Shown piece by piece: positions 39,445-49,385 of a DNA stretch of 61,461 bases. This DNA is from Candidatus Fermentibacteraceae bacterium (GTDB taxonomy: Bacteria > Fermentibacterota > Fermentibacteria > Fermentibacterales > JCC-6), in the NCBI GenBank assembly GCA_041686025.1, contig JAWLEP010000018.1, positions 1 to 61,461 of the forward strand. Reading direction: 5' to 3'. Numbering within the stretch: position 1 is the first letter of the stretch; every line of letters begins with the position of its first letter. A program made the position numbers and the translations under genes. Under the pieces are notes generated by a model. That model made no database searches. It was not told the origin of the DNA and saw nothing but the letters and a program-made list of their open reading frames with translations.

Positions 39445-40131
39445 CTAGTCCCCAAGGCTCACCACCACCTGCTGGGGGTAGGCGGTGCCGCCGTAGCTCC
39501 GCCCCGAGCGGGACACGGAGACGCTGCCTTCGTACTGTATCCGGGTGTCCCGGTCCTCCACGATCTCCCAGTCGGCGCCGGAGCACCCCGGCCCCCGTAT
39601 GAGGACGGGGTCCTCCGGGTGGTAGAGGATGTCGCAGTAGAAGCTGCGGTCGTAGATGGCCACGGCGAAGGCGTCCTCCCGGACGGGTATGTCGAAGGGC
39701 AGGTAGAACCGGTAGGCCAGCGTGTCACCGGACATGTACGCGGTGAACTCCTCCACCGTGTCCGGCGAGAAGGTCTCCCCTCCGGTCTCCACATACGTGA
39801 AGTAGTCGAAGTTGCGGAGGTTCTGGAAGGCGTTGTCGCGGATGGCCCTCACCTCCCCGCTGGAGAAGGCTCCGTCGCCGTCGCGGTCGTAGTCCGACAC
39901 TATGGACGAGGTGAAGAGCGGGTCGAAGAACCAGGTCATCTCCAGCCCGGCAACCCTGTCGCCCTGCATGACCACAGCGAGCCTGGCGTCCACGAACATG
40001 TGCGGATGGGCTTCTGCGCCGCCCGGGAGGGCCATGGCGCATGCCAGAGCGGCGCACCATGCAGTGCGAAGGCCCCCGGTCCACCGGGTTCGGTCCGATG
40101 GCCGATTGCGCGGGAGCTCACCGGCGGGCAT
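39445..40131 (-). CDS. DUF1007 periplasmic protein
   Basis: AHPHMFVD...W.FD, YDRDGDG; paired with the Ni/Co transporter; start uncertain. Confidence 0.82.
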   Translation of the reverse strand: MPAGELPRNRPSDRTRWTGGLRTAWCAALACAMALPGGAEAHPHMFVDARLAVVMQGDRVAGLEMTWFFDPLFTSSIVSDYDRDGDGAFSSGEVRAIRDNAFQNLRNFDYFTYVETGGETFSPDTVEEFTAYMSGDTLAYRFYLPFDIPVREDAFAVAIYDRSFYCDILYHPEDPVLIRGPGCSGADWEIVEDRDTRIQYEGSVSVSRSGRSYGGTAYPQQVVVSLGD

Positions 40132-40149
40132 ATGCCACGTCAGCTCCGA

Positions 40150-40620
40150 TCAAGCGTTCATCCTCCACAGCGTCAGGTTCAGCACGGAGGCGAAAGCCAC
40201 CCACAGCGCGTAGGGCAGCAGCAGGACGCCTGCCGCCGTGCGTATCCGCCAGAACAGCACCAGGGTGACGATTATCAGCGCCTCCAGAGCCAGTATCTCG
40301 AAGAACGCCCACATGGGGCTGTTTGCCCCGAAGAACAGGTAGGACCACAGGCCGTTGAGCACCAGCTGCGCCAGGAAGACGTACAGCGCCGGGGAGGACC
40401 CGCCGAAGCCCCTCTCCCTCCAGACCATCCAGGCCGCCACTCCCATGAGTATGTAGAGGGCGGTCCACACCGGGCCGAACACCCATGAGGGAGGGTTCCA
40501 GGAGGGCTTATCCAGGCCCTCGTACCATTCCCCGGGGGTGAACTGCGACCCCACGAGCCCGGCCGACAGGGAGACCAGCACCCAGGCCGCCAGAGCGATC
40601 CAGACCTTCATGCGATCCAC
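40150..40620 (-). CDS. tspO: TspO/MBR tryptophan-rich sensory protein
   Basis: WYEGLDKPSWNPPSWVFGPVWTALY, LLLPYALWVAFA. Confidence 0.93.
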   Translation of the reverse strand: MDRMKVWIALAAWVLVSLSAGLVGSQFTPGEWYEGLDKPSWNPPSWVFGPVWTALYILMGVAAWMVWRERGFGGSSPALYVFLAQLVLNGLWSYLFFGANSPMWAFFEILALEALIIVTLVLFWRIRTAAGVLLLPYALWVAFASVLNLTLWRMNA

Positions 40621-40663
40621 CTTTCGCTTCTCTTCCCTCCGCCGTTCACCCGGGGAGCACGCA

Positions 40664-41080
40664 TCAGTAGAGCGAGTTGCGCCGCAGCCACCGGGCCATC
40701 TCCGGTATGGCCGCCCCAGCGTCCTGGGTGCCGGCGGCGATGTTGGATATCCGGTCGAAGACCGCGTTCTCGTTGAAGGGGGCCAGGGCGATCCCGTTCA
40801 GCTCCAGGAAGAGCACGGCGGTGGCCAGCCCCGTCCGCTTGTTGCCGTCCTCGAAGACGTGGTTCTTGACGATGTAGAAGAGGTAGGCGGCGGCCTGGTG
40901 GAAGACGTCCTCGTACAGCATGTGGCCGAAGGCCTCGTTGGCCACTATCCGGTCGACGAATCCCAGCCCCTGGCCCTGGCGGAAGTTGTTCCGGGGGTCT
41001 GCGACCACACCGCCGGTCATCTCTATGGAGAGCTGGTTGATGGCGCAAATCGTCCGCTTGGTGACGTGACTGGTCGTCAT
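40664..41080 (-). CDS. Death-on-curing (Fic/Doc) family toxin
   Basis: Fic motif HVFEDGNKRTG. Confidence 0.88.
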   Translation of the reverse strand: MTTSHVTKRTICAINQLSIEMTGGVVADPRNNFRQGQGLGFVDRIVANEAFGHMLYEDVFHQAAAYLFYIVKNHVFEDGNKRTGLATAVLFLELNGIALAPFNENAVFDRISNIAAGTQDAGAAIPEMARWLRRNSLY

Positions 41081-41457
41081 CGGGAGCCCAGCCTCAGGTA
41101 GAGGCTGAGGTTGGCCCGGATGTGCTGCTCCACCAGGTACAGCTCGGCCAGCTCGCCGCCGTCCAGCCAGTAGCCGCCGCAGGAGGGGCAGCGGTCCACC
41201 TCCACGCCCGCCGCCCGCCGGACCTCCATGCCGGTGCCGTCGGCCGGGCAGGTTATGGGCGGTCTTTCACGCTCGGGGCAGTCTATCTCCGGCTCGCCCA
41301 GCTCTATGCGGTTGAGTATGGCGGTGAGCCTGCTTATGTGGGCCAGCTCGCCCGCGTCGAAGAACATTCCCTGACACTCCGGGCAGCGGTCCACGCTCTC
41401 GCGGTGCAGCTCCTCCGGCCGCAGGGGCACTCCGCATCTGGGGCAGGTTCTGCTCAC
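41077..41457 (-). CDS. Double zf-TFIIB-like zinc-ribbon protein
   Basis: Two CPxC...VDRCPxCxG.(F/W).DxGEL units. Confidence 0.82.
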   Translation of the reverse strand: MSRTCPRCGVPLRPEELHRESVDRCPECQGMFFDAGELAHISRLTAILNRIELGEPEIDCPERERPPITCPADGTGMEVRRAAGVEVDRCPSCGGYWLDGGELAELYLVEQHIRANLSLYLRLGSR

Positions 41458-41680
41458 ATCCGGCCTCCCGGTGACTGCATTCAGGGCTCCCGGCGAGCCC
41501 CTTGCCGTCCTTCATCGGCGCCGGGCATCGGAACGCAGAGGGGAAAGATGCCCATGGAAGCCCTCTCCGTCCACTGTCCCAGACCGGTGTGGAGTCCCCG
41601 CAAGGGCTATGCCGGGCCTTGTCCCTCATTCCTTTCCCGACACATCCATTCAACCCCCCGCCGGCTGCGGAGACGGGTCT

Positions 41681-42841
41681 CTATTCGAGGCCGATGACCA
41701 GGACCTCGGGGAAGCCCTCGGGGTCGGGCTCGAAGGCCAGCAGGCCGTGGGCGTCTACCTCGAAGGTGTAGTCGGCGCAGCGGTCGGCATTCCCCTCGCT
41801 GGACAGGGAGGCGGTGAAGAGCTTCTCGCCGGAGGGCGACCAGACATCGAACCAGGGGCAGGTCTCCCAGCCCCGACGCACCCAGATGTTTCCGTCGCCG
41901 TCCACCCCCAGAGAGGTGATGGCGTACCTGTAGGGCTCGGGCTCGAAGTCCACGTCCTCGGGGGATACGTTGCCGGCAAGGCCGGCTCCGCCCCTGCCGC
42001 CGCCGGACCCGGCCCGTCTCTCCAGGAAGTCGTAGAAGTCCTCGATCTCCCGGCTTATCTCCTCCTCGGTCTTGGGCACGGGCGTGTAGTCCTCGGTGAT
42101 GGTGAGCACCGTGTCGCCCTCCGCGTCCACGCCGGTGACCCGGTACTCTTCCGCCGACATACGGGAGAAGTAGACCGTCCCGTCCAGGTCGGCGGCGAAG
42201 GCGATGGTGGTCTCGGTGAACCGGGGGCCAATCTGGGAGGGATCGAAGCTCTCAAGCTCGGAGGCGTACTCCATCACCGGCTCGCTGTCGTAGCCCCAGA
42301 GGGCCAGGGTGTAGCCGATCATGGTCTCCTCGGTGTCCGCCGTCCGCTTCAGTCCCGCGAAGGTCTGCGGCCCGGCGCCGCTTATGACCCTGGGGGGTGA
42401 CGGGAAGAACCCCGTGATCTCTGTGACGTAGCCCGTGTCCGGATGCAGGAACTTCACCGACCCCGCCCAGGGGTCGGCAACCGCCACCAGGCCTCCCGCC
42501 AGCACCGTTATTCCGGTGGGCATCTGAAACTCCCCCGGCCCGCTGCCCTGGCGGCCCAGGCTGCCCAGGTAATCGCCGCTGCGACTGTAGACCTTCACCT
42601 TCCGCGCGCCCTGGTCCAGGACCAGTATTCGCCCGTCCTCTGTGAAGTCCACACCCGCTATGGCCCCGAACACGTAGTTGCTGTCCCCCAGCTCGACACC
42701 AATGGAGGCCTCCACCGTCAGGTCTCGATGGGGAAGCCCGCTATCTTCGGTTGTCTCCTCGGCGGCACCGGTCTCCGGCCCGCCCCCTCCGCAGGCGGCC
42801 AGGAGCATGGCCGCGGCGGCAGCAGATTCAAGCAGGCGCAT
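41681..42841 (-). CDS. 6-bladed/NHL-like beta-propeller lipoprotein
   Basis: Lipobox LLAAC; SIGVELGDSNYVFG, GRQGSGPGEF; paralog of 6779-7922. Confidence 0.78.
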   Translation of the reverse strand: MRLLESAAAAAMLLAACGGGGPETGAAEETTEDSGLPHRDLTVEASIGVELGDSNYVFGAIAGVDFTEDGRILVLDQGARKVKVYSRSGDYLGSLGRQGSGPGEFQMPTGITVLAGGLVAVADPWAGSVKFLHPDTGYVTEITGFFPSPPRVISGAGPQTFAGLKRTADTEETMIGYTLALWGYDSEPVMEYASELESFDPSQIGPRFTETTIAFAADLDGTVYFSRMSAEEYRVTGVDAEGDTVLTITEDYTPVPKTEEEISREIEDFYDFLERRAGSGGGRGGAGLAGNVSPEDVDFEPEPYRYAITSLGVDGDGNIWVRRGWETCPWFDVWSPSGEKLFTASLSSEGNADRCADYTFEVDAHGLLAFEPDPEGFPEVLVIGLE

Positions 42842-43656
42842 GTGATATCCCCTCCCCAAGAAGGCCCGCGAACCGGGCTTGGACGCGGCGACTCCTGCGG
42901 GAGTCACCGGCGCACGGATCCCAAGCATGATAGATGAAGGATTTTGCCCGGACGGCCAACGTCTGCCCCAAATAGATGTCGGTGCCCGGCGCGGCAGAGC
43001 CGTCCGGCCCTTGCCCGCAGGAGGGGAGGTACGGGCCGTATGTGCAGCCGTCGAACAGACCGGCCGCGCCGCGCCGGGCACATTGTGAGTTGAGCTTCGT
43101 CGCCTCGAGGGTCAGTCAGTCTCGCTCCCGGTAACCTGTCTGAGCCTATATCCCCTTTCGGGAGGATTTGTTCCCATGGGGCTCACCGCAATGGTCGTGC
43201 GCGGTCGCCGGAAGCTCCTGTCGGGCCGGCGAAGGGTGACCTCGCAGCCCGGGACGAGGCCCTCGTCCAGCAGCCCCTCGATCATCATCGATCTCGCCCT
43301 CGAGCGATACGGTCTCCCGTCCGCCGGCCACACAGATGACTGCGGGGAAGACGTCCCCGAATGCCATGCCGGCGATGAAGCTTCCGGCCCCGCCGTCCAC
43401 TGCGGCTGCCCGCATCGACGGCCGCCGAAGGGGATCACGGAAAAGCTCTCCGGTCTCCTTGGGGACGGAAACGTCCGCCGCCGCCATCCGATCCATTCCC
43501 GGGGTGAAGACCGAACGGGCGGAACCCCTCGGACACTGCAGTTGTTGCTGGGGCAAGGGGCCAGTCGGACCTGGTCGGGCCGCCGGCCTTGTGCGGCACG
43601 GCCCGGTTTCGTACAGTCAGCTCCAGTGGAAGGGGAGGAGGTTCGGCTTCAGTTAT

Positions 43657-44808
43657 TTGCGAAAGGCCTGGAGATGGCCGGCAGCGGCCGTGGTCGGTCT
43701 GGGGGCGGCCCTTGCCGTCACCTGCCCGGCACCGGCTCCGGCACGATCTCCCGTCCCCGAGGCGCAGATCGTGATATCGTCGGCTACACCGAGCGGGCAG
43801 GTCGAGGCCAGGTACTACACCCCACTGGAAGGGGACTCCGTAAGGTGCGGCCTGTGCTTTCGCGGCTGCGTGATCCCCGAGGGCGAGAGGGGCTTCTGCA
43901 GCAACCGCAAGAACCGCGGCGGCACCCTCTACACGCTGGTCTACAACCGCCCCTGCGCCCTGCAGGTGGACCCCATCGAGAAGGAGCCCATGTACCACTT
44001 CCTGCCGGGCACCCTCATCTACTGCGCGGGAACGGCCTCCTGCACCTTCACCTGCCTGCACTGCCACAACTGGCACATGTCGCAGAGGACGGTGGAGGAG
44101 CTCCGCAACTACCACCTTACCCCCGAGCAGGTCGTCGACCAGGCCGAGGAGAACGGCTGCGACGCCGTCTCCTTCACCTACAACGAGCCCACCGTATTCT
44201 ACGAGTACATGTACGACGTGGTGCTGGAGGCGAAGAAGCGCGGCCTGCGTACGATATTCCACACCAACGGCTCGATGGCCGAAGAGCCCCTTCGGGACAT
44301 CCTCGAGCATGTGGACGGGGTCACGGTGGACCTCAAGGCCTTCTCGGAGGGTTTCTACGATGAGGTCTGCGGGGGAGGCGACCTGGAGCACGTGCTGAGC
44401 TCGCTGCGCACAATCCGCGAGGAGGGCGTGTGGCTGGAGATCGTCTACCTGGTAATCCCCACCCTCAACGACGACCCCGACGAGATCCGGGCCATGTGCC
44501 GATGGGTGAGGGACGAGCTGGGGCCGGACGTACCGGTGCACTTCTCCAGGTTCAGCCCCTCATACAGGCTTACCCGGCTGTCGCCCACACCGATCTCCAC
44601 CCTGGAGGAGGCCTACTCCATCGCCCGGGAGGCCGGGTTGGAGTACGTGACCCTGGGCAACGTTCCCGGCCATGTGCGCAACTCCACCTTCTGCCCCCGC
44701 TGCACATCCACTCTCATAGAGAGGACCCACTTCCAGGTAAACGAGATGAACATGCACGACGGGGCCTGCGACCGGTGCGGCCTGCAGATCCCCGGCGTCT
44801 GGGAGTGA
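43657..44808 (+). CDS. amrS: AmmeMemoRadiSam-type radical SAM enzyme (AmrS-like); start uncertain
   Basis: VRCGLC...C...GFC, DPIEKEP, CTFTCLHCHNW, FTYNEP, CPRC...CDRCG. Confidence 0.85.
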   Translation: MRKAWRWPAAAVVGLGAALAVTCPAPAPARSPVPEAQIVISSATPSGQVEARYYTPLEGDSVRCGLCFRGCVIPEGERGFCSNRKNRGGTLYTLVYNRPCALQVDPIEKEPMYHFLPGTLIYCAGTASCTFTCLHCHNWHMSQRTVEELRNYHLTPEQVVDQAEENGCDAVSFTYNEPTVFYEYMYDVVLEAKKRGLRTIFHTNGSMAEEPLRDILEHVDGVTVDLKAFSEGFYDEVCGGGDLEHVLSSLRTIREEGVWLEIVYLVIPTLNDDPDEIRAMCRWVRDELGPDVPVHFSRFSPSYRLTRLSPTPISTLEEAYSIAREAGLEYVTLGNVPGHVRNSTFCPRCTSTLIERTHFQVNEMNMHDGACDRCGLQIPGVWE

Positions 44809-47132
44809 CGGCCGTAAGGCCCTGGCCCTCCAGGCGGGCCGCCGGGGCAGCCATCGTCCTCTCCGGCCTGGTGGGCATGGTGGCCCAGATCGTCCTTCTG
44901 CGCGAGCTGCTGGTGGTGTTCCTGGGCAACGAGCTCATCGTAGGGGTGGTGCTGGCGAACTGGCTCGCCCTGGAGGCCCTGGGCTCACTGGCCTTCTCCC
45001 GGGCCTCGGAGCGGATCGCCGATCCCGCGGCGGCCTTCGTCTGGCTGAGCCTGATCATCGCAGCCGCCCTTCCCGGCATGGTCTGCCTTGTGCGCATGAT
45101 GCGGCAGCTCCTCGGCGCCGGGGCCGGGCAGGGACTGGGTCTGCTGCACGTGCTGCCGGGCTCGCTGGCCGTGTTGGCTCCGGTGGCCTTTCCGCACGGC
45201 GGGCTGTTCGCCGTATCCTGCCGGATACTGTGCGGCCGGTCCGCGGGCACCCGCCAGGCGGGGAGGTCCCTGGGATCCGCCTACGTCCTGGAGACCCTGG
45301 GCACCATGGCGGCCGGGGCGCTGCTCACCTTCCTGCTGATTCCCCACCTGGACCCGATGCGGATATCGGCGTGGATGGCCTTGCTGTCGGTCCTGCCCTG
45401 CCTGCTGATGCTCCACCCGGTCCGGCTCGGCGGAGGAAACCGGGCCGCCGCCCTGGCAGCCACCGGCCTCCTGCTTGTGGCATCCACCCTGGCCCTGGCG
45501 GCGGGCCTCGCCGGCCGGCTGCACCGGTACTCCCTGCAGCGTCGGTGGGAGGGCCGCGAGGTGGTCCATCACGAGACCACGGTCCACGGAAGCATCACCG
45601 TCACCGGTTCGGCCGGACAGCGCACCCTCTACTACGACGGGGTTCCCACGGCTACCGCTCCCTCTCCCGACCTGGTCCGGCCCGAGGAGATGGCTCACAT
45701 TCCCATGCTGTTCCATTCCCACCCCGAGGAGGTGCTGCTGATCGGAGGAGGAGTGGAGGGGATGGCAGCCGAGCTGCTGCGACACCCCCTGGCCAGGATC
45801 GACTGGGTCGAGCTGGACCACCGAATGGTGGAGGTAGCGTGCCGCTTCCTGCCCGGGACGGCCGGCGCCTTGGAAGACCCCCGGGTCAGGTTCATCCCCG
45901 ATGACGGCCGCCATTACCTGGCCGGGACGGAGACCCGCTACGACGTGATCCTGTTGGGCATCTCCGACCCGCAGAGCATCCAGCCCAACAGGCTGTTCAC
46001 CCGGGAGTTCCTGCGGATGGCCCGGGGGAGGCTGGCGCCGGGAGGGCTGATGGGCCTCAGCGCTTCCTCCTACCAGCCGTACGTGGGGGAGGGTCTGGGA
46101 CGGCGGAACGCATCCATCCTCAAGACCCTTCGCGAGGCCTTCCGCCACGTCCGGGTAGTCCCTGGGGAGGACAGGGCCGTCTACGTGGCGTCCGACGACC
46201 GCGCCGTATCCCTGCAGACCGCCGATTCCCTTGCGGCCAGGCACTCCGAGAGAGACCCCGGAACCGTCGTGGTCACCCCCGGTTATCTGCGCTACCTGAT
46301 GTCCCCCCGGCGAACGGATAGGTTGCTGGAATCCATCCGGGACAGGGAGGTCCTGGTCAATACCGACCACCGTCCCATCCTGGTTTTCTACGCGCTCTCC
46401 CACTGGACGTCGCTGTTCTCGCCCGGTCTCCATGACGGCCTGGAGTGGCTGGCCGGGGCGCGTCCCCGGCACGCCGCTTTCCTGGCCGGTCTGATCGCCG
46501 CCGCCTTCCTGGCCGCCAGGCTGGCCCGCCGGCCCGCCGCACGGGCGGCGCTGCCTCTGGCCATCGGGACCACCGGCTTCTCCGCCATGGTCTTCGACCT
46601 GGCCGTCATCCTCGGGTTCCAGACGCTCTGCGGCTACCTGTACAGGGACATCGGCCTTCTGGTGTCCGCCTTCATGTTCGGTTCGGCCCTGGGCGGCCTG
46701 CTAATGGTCAGGCTGCTCCGCTCAGAGGCCGGAGGCCGATGGCTCTTCGCCGGCACCGAGCTGTCGCTGGCGGGATTCGCCCTGCTCCTCCCGCCGGCCA
46801 TGGGTTACCTGGGCGGTGACTCGGGCGCGTGGCTGGATGAGGGATGGCTCAGGGCGGCTTTCGTGGCGCTATCGCTGGCGGGGGGATCTCTGGTGGGGGC
46901 GCAGTTCCCCCTGGCCTCCCGCCTGCACCTGGGAGGGGGATCCGCTCCCGGGGCTACGGCGGGAACCCTGAACGCCGCCGACCTGATCGGTGGATGGTGC
47001 GGGGGCATGCTGGGCGGGGTCATACTGCTCCCCGTGGTCGGGCTGGGGGGCACCTGCCTGGCGGTCGTGTTCCTAAAGCTGGGAAGCCTGGCCGCCTTCC
47101 TGCTCTCCCGGCGGCCCCCGACCGGCTCCTGA
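44805..47132 (+). CDS. Membrane-fused spermidine-synthase-like (SpeE-like) protein
   Basis: QIVLLREL..F.GNEL TM block, VLLIGGG, VELD, DGRHYL, LFTREF, second TM block. Confidence 0.8.
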   Translation: MTAVRPWPSRRAAGAAIVLSGLVGMVAQIVLLRELLVVFLGNELIVGVVLANWLALEALGSLAFSRASERIADPAAAFVWLSLIIAAALPGMVCLVRMMRQLLGAGAGQGLGLLHVLPGSLAVLAPVAFPHGGLFAVSCRILCGRSAGTRQAGRSLGSAYVLETLGTMAAGALLTFLLIPHLDPMRISAWMALLSVLPCLLMLHPVRLGGGNRAAALAATGLLLVASTLALAAGLAGRLHRYSLQRRWEGREVVHHETTVHGSITVTGSAGQRTLYYDGVPTATAPSPDLVRPEEMAHIPMLFHSHPEEVLLIGGGVEGMAAELLRHPLARIDWVELDHRMVEVACRFLPGTAGALEDPRVRFIPDDGRHYLAGTETRYDVILLGISDPQSIQPNRLFTREFLRMARGRLAPGGLMGLSASSYQPYVGEGLGRRNASILKTLREAFRHVRVVPGEDRAVYVASDDRAVSLQTADSLAARHSERDPGTVVVTPGYLRYLMSPRRTDRLLESIRDREVLVNTDHRPILVFYALSHWTSLFSPGLHDGLEWLAGARPRHAAFLAGLIAAAFLAARLARRPAARAALPLAIGTTGFSAMVFDLAVILGFQTLCGYLYRDIGLLVSAFMFGSALGGLLMVRLLRSEAGGRWLFAGTELSLAGFALLLPPAMGYLGGDSGAWLDEGWLRAAFVALSLAGGSLVGAQFPLASRLHLGGGSAPGATAGTLNAADLIGGWCGGMLGGVILLPVVGLGGTCLAVVFLKLGSLAAFLLSRRPPTGS

Positions 47133-47232
47133 CCCGCCGGCCGCCGCCATGGAGGCCGGACCGCCGCGGTGCCGGCACAGCCTCGGGTCCATGTCTACCG
47201 GTCACCTGCCGGCTGCGAACGAATCCGGTTCT

Positions 47233-47994
47233 CTACTGCCAGCTGGCCGTCCCGTCTACAATCGAGCCGTGCGCCTCATGGGGGCAGCTCACCGTGTAGG
47301 ACCCCTCCGCCGCCTCCAGCAGATAGGTCTGCTCGCAGAGCGGGCAGGTGAGCTCGGTGGCTCCGGTGAGTATCTCCTCGAGCTCGGCAAGAGAAGCGGC
47401 GTAGCGTCCATTCTGGGAGTGGAACATCCTCTGGGCGGAGGCAAAGGTCTCCATGTTGGACCTGCAGCTTACCTCCAGTGCTCGGTCACTGGGCGGCCGG
47501 GCGGCGAACTGCTCCCTCAGGATGGCCGGATGCGCTCTCCAGCCGGTCTGTTCTCCGTACAGTGCCTCGATCTCCAGGGTGCTTCCATCGGCCGAGACGA
47601 TCATGATATCCGCCACGCCCCCGCCGCTGTCCCGCACCTCGATGTCAAAGGGGGAGGCCCGAAAATAACCGCTCACCCGGGGGGCCCCGAAGAACGCGGC
47701 CAGCATCTCGTCCGCATCCATCCCCTCCAGCTCATCGCGTTGCACATCGGCTCCCGCTGCGGTGAGCAGGTATTCCAGCTCATCGAGGCCCTCCTCCGAG
47801 GAGAGCCTCCTCTCCACCATGGAGTGCAGGCTGTCGCTGCACACCTCCGCTGCGGCCGACCCGTCGCCGGCCTCGATAGCCTCGGCCCACATACGGGCCG
47901 CCTTTTCCGGAGTCCCAGCGACCTCTGGCGCTTCCCCACAGGATGTGGTGGACAGAGTAAGCACTGCAACGGCAAACAGGATGAGAGCCCTCAT
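47233..47994 (-). CDS. Lipoprotein with pilin/pseudopilin-like C-terminal domain
   Basis: Signal peptide ending TTSC; CRSNM..FASAQRMFHSQNGRY...CPLC...CP..HG. Confidence 0.55.
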   Translation of the reverse strand: MRALILFAVAVLTLSTTSCGEAPEVAGTPEKAARMWAEAIEAGDGSAAAEVCSDSLHSMVERRLSSEEGLDELEYLLTAAGADVQRDELEGMDADEMLAAFFGAPRVSGYFRASPFDIEVRDSGGGVADIMIVSADGSTLEIEALYGEQTGWRAHPAILREQFAARPPSDRALEVSCRSNMETFASAQRMFHSQNGRYAASLAELEEILTGATELTCPLCEQTYLLEAAEGSYTVSCPHEAHGSIVDGTASWQ

Positions 47995-48089
47995 CTCTTC
48001 TCCTTCCTCCGGTTCTTCTCATCAGGCTGCGGCTAACCAACACCTGAGTATCATCTTATCAGAATTCGTCTCTCTCCGCTATGGTCCTT

Positions 48090-48325
48090 CGCATCCGCAG
48101 GAATCCGCCCTCCCTGTGCACCAGGGCCCACCTGCGGCCTTCGCTGCCTCCCGCCACATCGCGGAGGGTGGTTATGGAGATTGCATTGCCGTCCGGGGCG
48201 TTGGAGAGCAGTACCTCGGAAGCCTCTCCATGGCTCCTCCTGGCTGCGAAAGTATAGTTCATAAAACACCTAATGGATGCATTTCCATGCAAGTAACTTC
48301 CACAACGTGAGAGTATCAAACATGA
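48090..48325 (-). pseudogene. Chimeric remnant: abiEi promoter/5' end fused to the 3' end of a GNAT gene
   Basis: 48112-48325 aligns to 55732-55945; 48090-48124 matches 51576-51610 at 33/35 nt. Confidence 0.8.
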
Positions 48326-48451
48326 TCCGCCTGGCAGCAGGCCGCGTGCTCCACTGCAACCGGTCAAGCACCAGACGGAGGTTGGCCTCCCGGTGTCGCT
48401 TTCGCCATGCCGGCCTAGACATGCCTGCCGGCCTTTGATAGCTTCGCCCCG

Positions 48452-48531
48452 ATCGTTGGGGGTGCCGGCGGAGGCCGGCTGAGAGAGACTCCGTGAACCT
48501 GATCGGGATAGTCCCCGCGTAGGGAAACGAT
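48452..48531 (+). ncRNA. TPP riboswitch
   Basis: GGGGTGC...GCTGAGA...GAACCTGATC.GG.TA..CC.GCGTAGGGAA; P1 ATCGTT/AACGAT; upstream of thi4. Confidence 0.93.
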
Positions 48532-48602
48532 TCACTCACGGAACACAGGCAGGGCCATCCCATCCCCGGGCGATGGCCCTGCGTGCATATGGAGGTTCGG
48601 CA

Positions 48603-49373
48603 ATGGAGCTGAACGAGGTCGAGATATCCCGAGCCATAATCAACCGCTACCACGAGAAACTGGAGAGCTGTCTTGAGCTGGACGTGGCCATCGTGGGAGG
48701 GGGGCCGTCCGGGCTTGTCGCCGGGTACTGCCTGGCCAGGTCGGGACTGAGGACCGCACTGTTCGAGCGCAAGCTGAGCATCGGCGGAGGCATGTGGGGC
48801 GGCGGCATGATGTACAACGAGATCGTCGTGCAGCCCGACGCCCTGGAGCTGCTGGACGAGTTCGGCATACGCCACCGGGAGTTCAGCCCCGGACACCACA
48901 CGGCCGACTCGGTAGAGGCGGTATCCTGTCTCACATCAAAGGCCATGCACGCCGGCCTCAGGGTGCTGAACTGCATGAGCGTGGAGGACGTGGTCATAAG
49001 GGAGGGCAGGGTCTGTGGGCTGGTTATCATCTGGTCGCCGCTGGAGATGTCCGGCCTGCATGTCGACCCGCTCTCGATCTCCGCGAAGACCGTCATCGAC
49101 GCCACCGGCCACGCCACGGAGGTGGTGGAGGTGGTTCAGCGCAAGGCCGGCGGAGAGCTCCGCACCCCCTCGGGCTCCAAGGAGGGCGAGAGGTCCATGT
49201 GGGCCGACCGGGCCGAGAGGCTCACCCTGGAGAACACCAGGGAGGTCTACCCCGGGCTGTACGTAGCCGGCATGGCGGCCAACGCCACCTTCGGAGGCCC
49301 CAGGATGGGGCCCATCTTCGGCGGCATGCTCCTCTCCGGCCGAAAGGCGGCAAGGTCCATCATGGGTCGCTGA
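48603..49373 (+). CDS. thi4: Sulfide-dependent adenosine diphosphate thiazole synthase (non-Cys Thi4)
   Basis: [37 protein letters not shown]. Confidence 0.92.
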   Translation: MELNEVEISRAIINRYHEKLESCLELDVAIVGGGPSGLVAGYCLARSGLRTALFERKLSIGGGMWGGGMMYNEIVVQPDALELLDEFGIRHREFSPGHHTADSVEAVSCLTSKAMHAGLRVLNCMSVEDVVIREGRVCGLVIIWSPLEMSGLHVDPLSISAKTVIDATGHATEVVEVVQRKAGGELRTPSGSKEGERSMWADRAERLTLENTREVYPGLYVAGMAANATFGGPRMGPIFGGMLLSGRKAARSIMGR

Positions 49374-49385
49374 CGCCTGCCTGGG

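Noticed and set aside
43112..43556. Possible frameshifted FeoA-like fragment (LLDEGLVPGCEVTL)
   Set aside because: Similarity is too short to call; may be a decayed unknown gene
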